Source: Bacillota bacterium
GTDB lineage: Bacteria > Bacillota > UBA994 > UBA5500
NCBI GenBank assembly: GCA_050949085.1
Contig: JBMNFB010000009.1
Coordinates: 352,446 to 416,445 of the forward strand
Length of the DNA: 64,000 nt
Direction of reading: 5' to 3'
Made by a program: the position numbers and the translations under genes. This document shows, piece after piece, positions 30,831-40,078 of the stretch. Position 1 is the first letter of the stretch. Every line of letters begins with the position of its first letter. The notes under the pieces were generated by a model that worked only from the letters and a program-made list of their open reading frames with translations, was not told the origin of the DNA and searched no databases.

Positions 30831-31694
30831 CTGACGTCTGAACCAGCAGCCCGGGCTGGCGACAACCCGCTGCCCCACCGGATCGATTTCCTCAAGGCAG
30901 GCCACCGCATAGAATTCGCTGACCAGCTTCTGCTCAGGCTGGCTGGTGGCCACCAGCACTCCACAGCCGACGGTGGTGGCGCCAAACTCCTGCATCAGCT
31001 GCTCCAGCCCGAGGGCGGTTCCACCAGCGCGCATAAAGTCGTCAATGATCAGGGCCCGGGCCGCCTGGGGCACGCTGCGTCGCGGCAGCGCCATCGTCTG
31101 CACCCGCTGGCTTGAGCCCGAAACGTAATTGATGTTCACCGTTGGGCCCTCGCTGCGCTCATGCCTCATCAGGAGCGGCCAGCCTGCCTCACTGGAGCCA
31201 GGCAGTTCCTTGCGGGCGATGGCCAGAGGCACGCCCAGATAACGTGCCGTCGCATAGGCCAGGGGAATCCCCCGCATCTCGACGGTGAGCACCACATCGG
31301 GCTGACGTTCGGCAAAAATGTGGGCAAAAAGCTGCGCAAATCGCTCCACCTGCTGGGCATCGCTGCAGAGATCGCTGGTATAGAGATAGCCGCCGGGGAG
31401 AATGCGCGCCGGATCGGCCAGTTGCTCACAGAGCAGCTGCACCGTCTCCCGCTCCCAGGCAGCATCGCCGCCAGGGAGCCACCTGATCCCGCCGTTAACA
31501 CCGGCAACCGTCTCGATCCGACCCAGATTGAGGGCGGCAAGGCTATCCTTTAGCTGAGCTACATCCTCGCTGAGGGTAGACTTGGCTACGCCTAGTCTGT
31601 CCGCCAGTTCGGTGAGCGAGATCACCTGATTAGGGCGGTCCGCCAGGAGTCGGGTGATAACCCCAGCTCGTCCCCCCTTACTCAACCTCTCCAC
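30825..31694 (-). CDS. purR: Pur operon repressor
   Basis: N-terminal winged-helix region and a PRT domain with LIIDDFMRAGGTALG. Synteny ispE...purR...spoVG. GTG start after GAGGAGG. Confidence 0.9.
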   Translation of the reverse strand: MERLSKGGRAGVITRLLADRPNQVISLTELADRLGVAKSTLSEDVAQLKDSLAALNLGRIETVAGVNGGIRWLPGGDAAWERETVQLLCEQLADPARILPGGYLYTSDLCSDAQQVERFAQLFAHIFAERQPDVVLTVEMRGIPLAYATARYLGVPLAIARKELPGSSEAGWPLLMRHERSEGPTVNINYVSGSSQRVQTMALPRRSVPQAARALIIDDFMRAGGTALGLEQLMQEFGATTVGCGVLVATSQPEQKLVSEFYAVACLEEIDPVGQRVVASPGCWFRRQK

Positions 31695-31717
31695 TACATC
31701 GGCCTCCTCGCCTGGGG

Positions 31718-32476
31718 TTAACTGCCTACCCGCAGCGCCTGCCTCGCCAACTCCAGATCACTATCCTTATCCACATCTGTACCCACCTCGGGGTAGGAAC
31801 AGACGATGGCCGCACCGGTAATTCCCAGAATGCGGGAGACGCGCGCTTCAAACTCCGCCAGCGTCAGGGAGCCGCGCACCAGCTTGGCCACGAGACCGAT
31901 TCCCGGCCAGCCAAACATCAGGCACATTTTAGCCGGATTTTTGCGTTCCGCCAGCAGGCGCCTGATAATCTCCGCCAGGCGCGGCAACTCATCGGGGCGG
32001 AAGACAAAAATATTGCCGCCGGTGAAGGCTCCATCCTGCAACCGGGCATAGGTGCGTTTCACCCCCGGATAACGCGCTTCACAGACGTCTTGCCGGATGA
32101 TGGGGTAATAGAGATCCGCTTCCCGGGTCTCCATCTCCTGCAGAAGACCATCGATTATCTCCGGTGTGATCATCGGAATATCGCTGGTACAGACCATAAC
32201 CTTCTCAGCGTCAGGCACCTGCTGGGTGGCCATTACGATGTTATCCACGATGTCATGCTGATCAGGCAGGAGGGTTATGCCGGCTGGCACCACCTGGGCC
32301 AACTCCTCAATCGGGCCGACCACAGCTATGGTGCTCACGCTACGACACTTGATGAGGGCGTCGATCACGTAGGCGACCATGGGAATATCGTTGATCGGCA
32401 GAAATGCCTTATTGTTCATCCCATGGCTTAGCGCCAGCTGATCTCCGCTGCCACCTGCCAGAACAATTGCATGCAT
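31718..32476 (-). CDS. MobA-like NTP-transferase domain protein (specificity unknown)
   Basis: MHAIVLAGGSGDQL...NKAFLPI nucleotidyltransferase signature. ATG 32476 follows GAGGAGAG. Confidence 0.7.
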   Translation of the reverse strand: MHAIVLAGGSGDQLALSHGMNNKAFLPINDIPMVAYVIDALIKCRSVSTIAVVGPIEELAQVVPAGITLLPDQHDIVDNIVMATQQVPDAEKVMVCTSDIPMITPEIIDGLLQEMETREADLYYPIIRQDVCEARYPGVKRTYARLQDGAFTGGNIFVFRPDELPRLAEIIRRLLAERKNPAKMCLMFGWPGIGLVAKLVRGSLTLAEFEARVSRILGITGAAIVCSYPEVGTDVDKDSDLELARQALRVGS

Positions 32477-32492
32477 GGGCGACTCTCCTCGC

Positions 32493-33182
32493 TTATTCAG
32501 TCTTCCTGTGGTGAGTTCTAATCCAGTCAATCAAAGCCTTTTCTGCGTTGGCAATATGCTCCCTGGCCAGCTGCTGAGCTAACTCGGCGTTATGCTCAGC
32601 TATCGCTTCGGCGATCTTCTTATGCTCCTCATAGACTGCTCCCATCCGGCCTGGCGTACTCAGGGAAGTACGCCGGAACCGCTGAATATGTTCGCGCAGA
32701 TTGTTGATAATCTGGGCCAGCCGGTCATTGTGGCTGGCACGGTAAAGCACATCGTGAAATGCCTCATCCAGCGAAATCGAGCGCAGCAGATCGTTCTTCT
32801 GGAGACTCTCTCCTACCTGATCGAGAATGCGCTCCAACTCGCCGACTTCGTCGTCGGTGATGCGGTCGGCCGCCAGACCAGCGGCCAGCGCCTCAAGGGC
32901 GGAACGAATCTCGTAGGTTTCCACTACATCCTTGACGCTCAGGTCAGAGACATAGGCACCGCGCCGCGGGACCATGACCACAAAGCCTTCCAGCTCCAAT
33001 TTACGAATTGCCTCTCGTACCGGCGTACGACTAACTCCCATCTCCTCGGCCAACTGCACCTCCATCAGCCGATCCCCGGGAGCCAGCACTCCTTTGACGA
33101 TGGCTTCGCGCAGATGCTCAAAGACAATCTCGCGCAGAGGCTTATAGTTCTCTAGTTTAACAGGTATCAACTTCTCAGCCAT
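32493..33182 (-). CDS. GntR-family transcriptional regulator (FadR/FCD subfamily)
   Basis: N-terminal GDRLMEVQLAEEMGVSRTPVREAIRKLELEGFV wHTH and a helical FCD-type C-domain. Confidence 0.88.
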   Translation of the reverse strand: MAEKLIPVKLENYKPLREIVFEHLREAIVKGVLAPGDRLMEVQLAEEMGVSRTPVREAIRKLELEGFVVMVPRRGAYVSDLSVKDVVETYEIRSALEALAAGLAADRITDDEVGELERILDQVGESLQKNDLLRSISLDEAFHDVLYRASHNDRLAQIINNLREHIQRFRRTSLSTPGRMGAVYEEHKKIAEAIAEHNAELAQQLAREHIANAEKALIDWIRTHHRKTE

Positions 33183-33343
33183 CTAATTACCTCCAAGAAA
33201 ATACCCAGCGTCCAGAGCGAGCTTCTGTATGCTTGAGAAAAGAATATCTTGACCCCAGTTTATACATATTATAGCGAATCCACCAGCATCAGACCAGAAG
33301 CTTGTCTACAGCCTTCGTTATCGGCGAGTAAATCCCTGCCGGA

Positions 33344-34201
33344 CTAAGAGCAAGCCGGCACCATCTGCACCTGCCAGACCTGAAACCCAGGGGGTAGAGC
33401 CTGCTCCAGTTGTTGGAGCGAAAGAAGGCCTTGCTCAGGCAGAAGAGCAAAGAGTGAGGAGCCGCTGCCGGACAACAGACAACCATAAGTCCCCAGATCC
33501 AGCAACAGCTGTCTTGCCGCCGCCAGATCAGGTCGCAGTGCAAGGGCAGGCCGTTCCAGATCGTTATACAGCCAGCGCCCCACCTGCCTGGGGTCAGCGC
33601 CTGCCAGGGCATGGAGGAGGTTGTCCACCGGCGGCGCAGCCGCTCCCCCGCTCTGGTAGCGGCCGTAGACCTCGGCCGTCGCCAGCCCAAACGGGGGTTT
33701 GACAATCAGCAGCGAGAGATCCGCCGCCAGGTCCAGGGGCTGCACCTGCTCGCCCCGCCCGGTAGCCAGAGCAGTGCCTCCCCAGAGAAAGAACGGCACA
33801 TCCGACCCTAGTTGGGCAGCGATTTCCGCCAGTCTGGTTCGGGACAGCCCCAGCCCCCAGAGCCGGTTCAGGCCACGCAGGACGGCCGCTGCATCAGAGC
33901 TGCCCCCGCCCAGCCCCGCCTGCTGAGGGATCCGCTTGAAAAGCTCGATGCGCACACCGCGGTCGGGTGCATAGGGAGCCAGAGCGGCAGCGGCGCGCCA
34001 GGCCAGGTTGGCCGGGCCAGAAGGCAGCGCAGCGTCATCTGTCACCAGTTCAATCCCGCCGGGTGCTTCTGATAAAATGACCTCATCGGCGAGACTGACC
34101 GTCTGAAGTACGGTAATCAGCTCGTGGTACCCATCCGGGCGCCTGCCCAATACCCGCAGGTAGAGATTCACCTTGGCCCAGGCCGTCTCGTGGATCTGCA
34201 C
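33344..34201 (-). CDS. ispE: 4-diphosphocytidyl-2-C-methyl-D-erythritol kinase
   Basis: AKVNLYLRVLGRRPDGYHEL and the GHMP motif PQQAGLGGGSSDAAAVL. Confidence 0.93.
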   Translation of the reverse strand: MQIHETAWAKVNLYLRVLGRRPDGYHELITVLQTVSLADEVILSEAPGGIELVTDDAALPSGPANLAWRAAAALAPYAPDRGVRIELFKRIPQQAGLGGGSSDAAAVLRGLNRLWGLGLSRTRLAEIAAQLGSDVPFFLWGGTALATGRGEQVQPLDLAADLSLLIVKPPFGLATAEVYGRYQSGGAAAPPVDNLLHALAGADPRQVGRWLYNDLERPALALRPDLAAARQLLLDLGTYGCLLSGSGSSLFALLPEQGLLSLQQLEQALPPGFQVWQVQMVPACS

Positions 34202-34260
34202 ATCGCCTCACCTCAATCACCATTCTAATACAGGCGACGGACATCCAGCCACCACTTTGC

Positions 34261-34284
34261 TCAAAAGGGCCGCGAACGCGGCCC
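34261..34284 (-). terminator. Rho-independent terminator after cphA
   Basis: GGGCCGC-loop-GCGGCCC followed on the minus strand by TTTTGA. Confidence 0.6.
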
Positions 34285-34307
34285 TTTCTCGGTCACTCCA
34301 GCCTGGA

Positions 34308-36956
34308 TCAGAGATCGGCAACGCCGGCCACCACCGATTTCCGGGATTTCTGCAGCGCCGCATCGCCATCCAGTGCATTGAGGATGGAGAGGGTCAGCTC
34401 CAGATCCTCATAGAGGACCACTACGAGATCACCCGGTTGGGCCTCGTGCAGAGCTGCCCGGAGGGCGTCTGCCTCCTGCAGGTGCACACCGATGGATGTC
34501 GCCGGCAGGCCGGCGGCTGCCGCCCCTTGCCGGAGGATTTCAGCCACCTCGCCGGGGGCGCGCCCCCGCAACTGCTGATCTTCCTTGATATAGACGAGGT
34601 CGAAGCCCTGGCCCGCTACCTGCCCCAGACGATAGATGCTGTTGGAGCGCCGATCGCCGGGGGCGGCGATGACACCGATTAACCTGCCCCGGGTCAGGCT
34701 GCGGCTCAACGCCACCAGCCCCCTGAGGCCGGCCACATTATGGGCGTAATCCACCATCACCATCCGCTGCGCCACCTGCAGCAACGTCTGGCGACCGGGG
34801 TTATGCACTTCTGGGCGGAAGCTGCGCAGACCGCTGGCGATCAGGTCTGTCGGCACGCCCATCCCCCAGAGCGCCGCCACGGCGGCGCAGGCATTGGCGA
34901 CATTGTACTGAGCATGCCCCCCAAAGGCAATGGGGATATCACCCACCGCCAACAGGGGCTGACACGCTTTGCCTTCAGCGAGGCAAAGCCAGCCGTCCCG
35001 CAGGATAACAGCACGCTCGCCGAGAGCCAGATGATGCTGGATGTGACGGTTGTCACCCCGTAGACTGAAGTAGATCACCCTGCTACGAACGCGCTCCAGG
35101 GCCCGCAGGCTTTGCTCATCGTCTGCGTTCAGGACTGTATAGCCGTCGGGACGCACCGCCTCCAGCACCAGCGACTTCACCCAGACCAGGTCATCCAGGC
35201 TATCCAGATTATCCTGTCCCAGGTGATCCTCAGAGATGTTAGTCAGCACAGCTACGTCGCTCTGCTCGTAGGCCAGCCCGCCCCGGATCAGGCCGCCGCG
35301 AGCCAGTTCCAGTACGGCGGCGTCCACTGTCGGGTCGGAAAGGACGACGCGTGCGCTCCAAGCCCCGGTGGTGTCGCCGGAGACGATGCACTTATCGTTG
35401 AGGAAAATGCCTTCAGTGCTGGTCAGCCCAATGACCGGGTAGATCTGCCGCAATGTGTGGGCGACGAGGCGACTGGTGGTCGTCTTGCCGTTGGTTCCGG
35501 TGATGGCGACAAGGGGGATCTCGCTGCGAGAACCTGGTGGATACAGCCCGCCGATGATCCGATCGGCCACATCGCGGCTGGTCCCCTGCGACGGATAATG
35601 ATGCATCCTGATTCCTGGCGCGGCATTGACCTCAATCACCGCACCCTGCCGGTCTGCCAACGGCCGCGAGACATCATCGGTGACCAGATCCACGCCGGCC
35701 ACGTCCAGCCCTACGGCGCGCACAGCGCGCACCATGGTCTGCGCCAGCTCCGGATGCACCTGGTCGGTGACATCGACGGCAGTGCCGCCGGTGCTCAGGT
35801 TGGCGTTGTCGCGCAAGCGCACGAAAGCTCCTCTCTCTGGCACGTCATCCAGGGTCAGGTTCTGACGGGCCAGAACAGCCTGCACCATATCATCGACGAC
35901 GATTCTGGTCAGCGGCTTCTCGTGCTCCATGCCGCGATCCGGGTCAGCGTTGACAGCATCGATCAGCGCCTGGATACAGTCCTGACCATTGCCCACAACG
36001 TGCGCCGGAATTCGCTCCGCAGCGGCCACCATTTGCCCGTTGACCACCAGGAAGCGATAATGGCGGCCTTCAACGTATTCCTCCACCAGAATCTCGGCGC
36101 TGAACCGCCGCGCTATTTCAAAGGCCTGGCGAATCTCCCTGGCGCTATTCAGGTTCAGGGAGACCCCCTTCCCCTGATTGCCGTCACACGGCTTAATCAC
36201 GACGGGGCAGTTCATCTCCTGCCAGGCTGACAGAGCCTCGTCCGCTGAATGGACTACCTTCCCCCGGGGAACCGGAATCCCGGCTTCGCCCAGCACCAGT
36301 TTGGTCAGCGACTTATCACCGGCGATATCCGCGGCAATACAGCTGGTCTCGCTGGTCAGCGTTGCCTGCACACGCTTGGCGTAGCGACCAGTTCCCAACT
36401 GTAGCAGGCTTCCCGAACCGATGCGGGTGACGCTGATACCACGCCGGCGGGCTGCCTGCACCAACGCCTGAGTGCTCGGCCCCAGCTCGGTGGCAGCCAG
36501 CCGCTGCCGGAGCTTGTTCAGTGCTGGTTCCAGAGGGAAACGCTCCCCCTGCAGGCAGGCCTGAATGATGTCTATCCCGGTACTCACCAGCAGATCGCTG
36601 ATCCCCTGGGCCCGCGATTCGAAAACCACCTCATAGACACCTACCTGATCGGTGGAGCGCGTCTTTCCATAGCGCCCCTCGATCCCCAACAGCGTCTGCA
36701 GCTCCAGGATGACATGCTCCAGAACATGGCCGAAATACGTCCCCTCCTGCAGCCGCTGGATAAAGCCGTTCTCCTCGCCTGATGCACAGCCGTGCAGGCG
36801 CAGGCCAGGAAGAACGGAAAGCAGCCGTTGGTTGAAACCGGGGTACTCCCGGCTCTCCTTGCAGGCGAGATCCTGCAAGTCGATCAAAGCCCGTACGGCT
36901 GGACGGAGCGTATACACGTTGCGCCCCGGAAAGGTGCGCAACTCCAGGATTTTCAC
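34308..36956 (-). CDS. cphA: Cyanophycin synthetase
   Basis: 882 aa. N-terminal cyanophycin-synthetase domain, ATP-grasp, and a Mur-ligase-like module with ITGTNGKTTTSRL. Confidence 0.92.
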   Translation of the reverse strand: MKILELRTFPGRNVYTLRPAVRALIDLQDLACKESREYPGFNQRLLSVLPGLRLHGCASGEENGFIQRLQEGTYFGHVLEHVILELQTLLGIEGRYGKTRSTDQVGVYEVVFESRAQGISDLLVSTGIDIIQACLQGERFPLEPALNKLRQRLAATELGPSTQALVQAARRRGISVTRIGSGSLLQLGTGRYAKRVQATLTSETSCIAADIAGDKSLTKLVLGEAGIPVPRGKVVHSADEALSAWQEMNCPVVIKPCDGNQGKGVSLNLNSAREIRQAFEIARRFSAEILVEEYVEGRHYRFLVVNGQMVAAAERIPAHVVGNGQDCIQALIDAVNADPDRGMEHEKPLTRIVVDDMVQAVLARQNLTLDDVPERGAFVRLRDNANLSTGGTAVDVTDQVHPELAQTMVRAVRAVGLDVAGVDLVTDDVSRPLADRQGAVIEVNAAPGIRMHHYPSQGTSRDVADRIIGGLYPPGSRSEIPLVAITGTNGKTTTSRLVAHTLRQIYPVIGLTSTEGIFLNDKCIVSGDTTGAWSARVVLSDPTVDAAVLELARGGLIRGGLAYEQSDVAVLTNISEDHLGQDNLDSLDDLVWVKSLVLEAVRPDGYTVLNADDEQSLRALERVRSRVIYFSLRGDNRHIQHHLALGERAVILRDGWLCLAEGKACQPLLAVGDIPIAFGGHAQYNVANACAAVAALWGMGVPTDLIASGLRSFRPEVHNPGRQTLLQVAQRMVMVDYAHNVAGLRGLVALSRSLTRGRLIGVIAAPGDRRSNSIYRLGQVAGQGFDLVYIKEDQQLRGRAPGEVAEILRQGAAAAGLPATSIGVHLQEADALRAALHEAQPGDLVVVLYEDLELTLSILNALDGDAALQKSRKSVVAGVADL

Positions 36957-37795
36957 GACTCATTAGCCTCCTTGGTTGACTCGGACAGGCCAGTTATCGG
37001 TTCTCTTGGCCGCCTGGCCTGCAGGTCGAAACGATAGCCAGTTGGTAGTACGTGCAATTTGACGTTGCCCAGGGCAAGGGCGTCCTGGGGGCTGATCTCG
37101 GATGTATTGGAGAAAGTGACATGCTGCCCATCCAGAACAACCACCGTTCCCGAACCGATGACGCTGACCTCCGGCCCGCGAACCACCATAGCTGTGTCTT
37201 CGTCGATGCCGAAACCGAGGACGAACGGATTCTGGGCGATGGCCGACAGCAGGCGCCCCAGCCGACCGCGCTGCGCGAAATGCTGGTCGATCACCGCGTC
37301 TGGTACCAGGGCAAAGCCTGGGGCGAGACGCACCGCCGCCGGCCTCGGTTCCTGTTCCCCAAAACCTTGGACAATCATAGTCGAGCTCATCACTGAAGCT
37401 CCGGCACTTGTACCGGCAATCACCACCCCACGCTGAAAAGCTTGATGTAAACGCTGAAATAGATATGTTCCACCAATCAGGCTGGTAATCCGCAGTTGAT
37501 CGCCGCCGGTGAAGAATACCCCGGTGGCATCATCCACTAACCTGCCCAACAGGCGATCCTCGGCCTGTAGTCGGCAGCTGATATCCAGCACGCCGACCTC
37601 TCGCACCCCTAAACGCTGGAAAATAGCGCGATATTCGTTCCCCACCTGCTCCGGCTGCTGGGTAGCCGCAGTCAGCACCAGAAGGCGAGCAGCATCGCCC
37701 CCTGCCAGCCTGACCACCTCCCGCAGAATAAGGCATTCTCCCTGCTTATCCTCTGCGCCGCCGATGATCACTAGCCTGCCGCTGTTGTCATGCAA
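36953..37795 (-). CDS. cphB: Cyanophycinase (peptidase S51)
   Basis: LVIIGGAEDKQGE and nucleophile motif IAGTSAGASVM. Overlaps the cphA start by 4 nt. Confidence 0.9.
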   Translation of the reverse strand: MHDNSGRLVIIGGAEDKQGECLILREVVRLAGGDAARLLVLTAATQQPEQVGNEYRAIFQRLGVREVGVLDISCRLQAEDRLLGRLVDDATGVFFTGGDQLRITSLIGGTYLFQRLHQAFQRGVVIAGTSAGASVMSSTMIVQGFGEQEPRPAAVRLAPGFALVPDAVIDQHFAQRGRLGRLLSAIAQNPFVLGFGIDEDTAMVVRGPEVSVIGSGTVVVLDGQHVTFSNTSEISPQDALALGNVKLHVLPTGYRFDLQARRPREPITGLSESTKEANES

Positions 37796-37876
37796 TGGCC
37801 CCGGCCCCTTCCCCAGAAACTCGCATTGGGTATTTTCCCCCGCGCGGCAGGGGGATATACCAGAGATTGCCTGAAT

Positions 37877-37906
37877 AGAAAAACCCCCAGGAACATTCCT
37901 GGGGGA
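37877..37906 (-). terminator. Rho-independent terminator after veg
   Basis: Minus strand CCCCCAGGAA-tgt-TCCTGGGGG followed by TTTTTCT. Confidence 0.75.
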
Positions 37907-37925
37907 GATTGTTAAGCTATGTGTT

Positions 37926-38198
37926 TCAGGAGTCAGCTCCCTTTTCGGCAGCTACCGGTTGACCGATGGATAGCTCCACGGTCTGGGTCAACACGTCGGC
38001 ATAGCTGACGGAAACCACCTTAACAGGGTATTTTTCGTCATTCAGTTCAATCAAGCAATGATAAGGATAAATGTTTGTCAAGATACCTTCGCGGATCACA
38101 GTCTTACGTCGGCCACGATTAGCTTTAACCCAAATTCTCTCACCAACATGCGTTTCCAGATCACGACGAATCTCAGCCAGGGCATTTTTTGCCGCCAA
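37926..38198 (-). CDS. veg: Veg (biofilm formation stimulator) family protein
   Basis: LAEIRRDLETHVGERIWVKANRGRRKTVIREGILTNIYPYHCLIEL...VSYADVLTQTVEL. TTG 38198 follows GAGAGGTGGG. The track ORF is extended by 36 aa. Confidence 0.85.
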   Translation of the reverse strand: MAAKNALAEIRRDLETHVGERIWVKANRGRRKTVIREGILTNIYPYHCLIELNDEKYPVKVVSVSYADVLTQTVELSIGQPVAAEKGADS

Positions 38199-38430
38199 AG
38201 ACAACCCACCTCTCTCTTGACTTCTCTCCTTGTCCAGTATAGCACAGGCTGCCAGTGGTGTCAAACATAGCCGATCATTATAGCAGGAAGCCGCGAAGGC
38301 TGTCAAGGAACATTTGGCGTTGAAATATGGCTTTTTAGGGCACTTAGCGCCGATGACACGCCGTTCTGTCGCTGCCCAGCCAGCGCAAAACTCCGCTGAA
38401 AGACGGGCTTCGCATACCGTGTCCCACTCG

Positions 38431-39276
38431 TTATCGCGGGAGCTGGTTGGTCAGCTCGACAAACTCCGCCACCGAGAGAGATTCACCCCGCCTCCCCTCA
38501 GGCCAGCCGAGGCGTGCCAGCACCTGCCGCAGCTCCTGGCGCTCGATGCCCAGCCCGGCAGACAGGGCATTGACCAGCGTCTTGCGGCGCTGCCCAAAGG
38601 CGGCGCTGACCACGTCGGCAAAGCGATCCAGATCGCTCCTGAGGGCCCAGGGGATCGGGTCGTGCGGCGTCAAGCGGACGACAGCGGATGTGACGCGCGG
38701 CGCCGGGAAGAACGCGCTACCCGGCACCTGCGCCACGACATCGATCTGGGCATAAAACTGCGCCAGAACCGTCAACACCCCATATTGCTTCCTCCCCGGG
38801 CCGGCCTGCAGGCGCTCTGCCACCTCTTTCTGCACCAGAAAGACAAACAACTGCCAGGGGACGGAGCAGCGCAACAGAGTCTCGAGAACTGGAGTGGTGA
38901 TATAGTAGGGCAGATTGGCTACGACCTTCGCCGCCCGGCCCTCGCTCAGCAGCGCCGGATAATCCACCTCCAGGGCATCGGCAAAGACGAGCCGAACGTT
39001 GGGCAGATGCCCCACGGTTTCCTGCAGCACCGGCTGCAGGCGACGGTCCTTCTCCACCGCGATCACCGACCCAGCCTGAGCTGCCAGCCGCGCCGTCAGC
39101 GTGCCCAGACCGGGGCCGATCTCCAGCACCACATCGCCTGGATCCAGGCACGCTGCGGCAACAATCTTCTCCAGATGGTGCTCATCAACGAGGAAGTTCT
39201 GCCCCAGGCTCTGACTGGGACGCAGCTGGTGGCGCGCCAGCAGATCGTGGACGACAGAAGGCCGGGTCAGGCTCAA
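38431..39276 (-). CDS. rsmA: 16S rRNA (adenine1518/1519-N6)-dimethyltransferase
   Basis: SLGQNFLVD and SAM motif VLEIGPGLGTLT. Confidence 0.94.
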   Translation of the reverse strand: MSLTRPSVVHDLLARHQLRPSQSLGQNFLVDEHHLEKIVAAACLDPGDVVLEIGPGLGTLTARLAAQAGSVIAVEKDRRLQPVLQETVGHLPNVRLVFADALEVDYPALLSEGRAAKVVANLPYYITTPVLETLLRCSVPWQLFVFLVQKEVAERLQAGPGRKQYGVLTVLAQFYAQIDVVAQVPGSAFFPAPRVTSAVVRLTPHDPIPWALRSDLDRFADVVSAAFGQRRKTLVNALSAGLGIERQELRQVLARLGWPEGRRGESLSVAEFVELTNQLPR

Positions 39277-40067
39277 CTGTCAGCACCTGCCTCGCTGGCC
39301 GGCGGCAGCCGGAACAGCCGCCGGCCGTTGGCGGCTGTAGTCTGAGCCACGTCAGCATATTCCATCTCCAGAATCTCCGCCATCTTACGAATCACCTCAG
39401 TCACCAAAGCCGGGTGGTTCAGATTGCCTCGATAGGGCTCCGGTGCCATGTAGGGGGAGTCCGTTTCCGCCAGCAGCCGATCCAGCGGCACCCGGCGCAC
39501 CACCTCCGGCAGCCGGCGGCTGTTCTTGAACGTCACCGGCCCGGCCAGGGAGATATAAAAGCCTAATTCCAGGAACGCAGGCAGCATCTCCGGGCTGGAC
39601 GAGTAGCAGTGCATCACTCCACCCGCAGGGTATGGTGCATGCTGCTGGAGAATCCTGAGGACAGCCGCATGAGCGTCCCGATTATGGATAATCACCGGCA
39701 GGCCGCGGCGTTTAGCCAGCTCCAGCTGGATGGCAAAGACCTCCTCCTGAACATCCCGCGGCGAGTTATCATAGTGGAAGTCCAGCCCGATCTCACCCCA
39801 GGCCTGCACTCGCGGCCGATAGCTCAGCGCCTCCAGGCGCGTGGCCAGCTGATCAGTCCACGTGGCAGCGTCATGCGGGTGGACGCCCACCGCCGCATAT
39901 ATCTCCGGAAAGCGCTGCGCCTGGTTAACCGCCAGCTCGGAAGAAGGCAGGTCGTAGCCCACGTTGATGATGGCACTGAGTCCCGCCGCCCGGGCCGCCT
40001 CGATCCAGTGAGGCAGGTTCGAGTGGAGGCGCGCGTCGTTAAGATGGGCATGCGAATCGATAACCAA
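39273..40067 (-). CDS. tatD: TatD-family metal-dependent hydrolase (YabD)
   Basis: VIDSHAHLND and IGLDFHYD. Synteny metG-tatD-rsmA. TTG start after AGGAGGGG. Confidence 0.9.
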   Translation of the reverse strand: MVIDSHAHLNDARLHSNLPHWIEAARAAGLSAIINVGYDLPSSELAVNQAQRFPEIYAAVGVHPHDAATWTDQLATRLEALSYRPRVQAWGEIGLDFHYDNSPRDVQEEVFAIQLELAKRRGLPVIIHNRDAHAAVLRILQQHAPYPAGGVMHCYSSSPEMLPAFLELGFYISLAGPVTFKNSRRLPEVVRRVPLDRLLAETDSPYMAPEPYRGNLNHPALVTEVIRKMAEILEMEYADVAQTTAANGRRLFRLPPASEAGADS

Positions 40068-40078
40068 GCAAACCCCTC

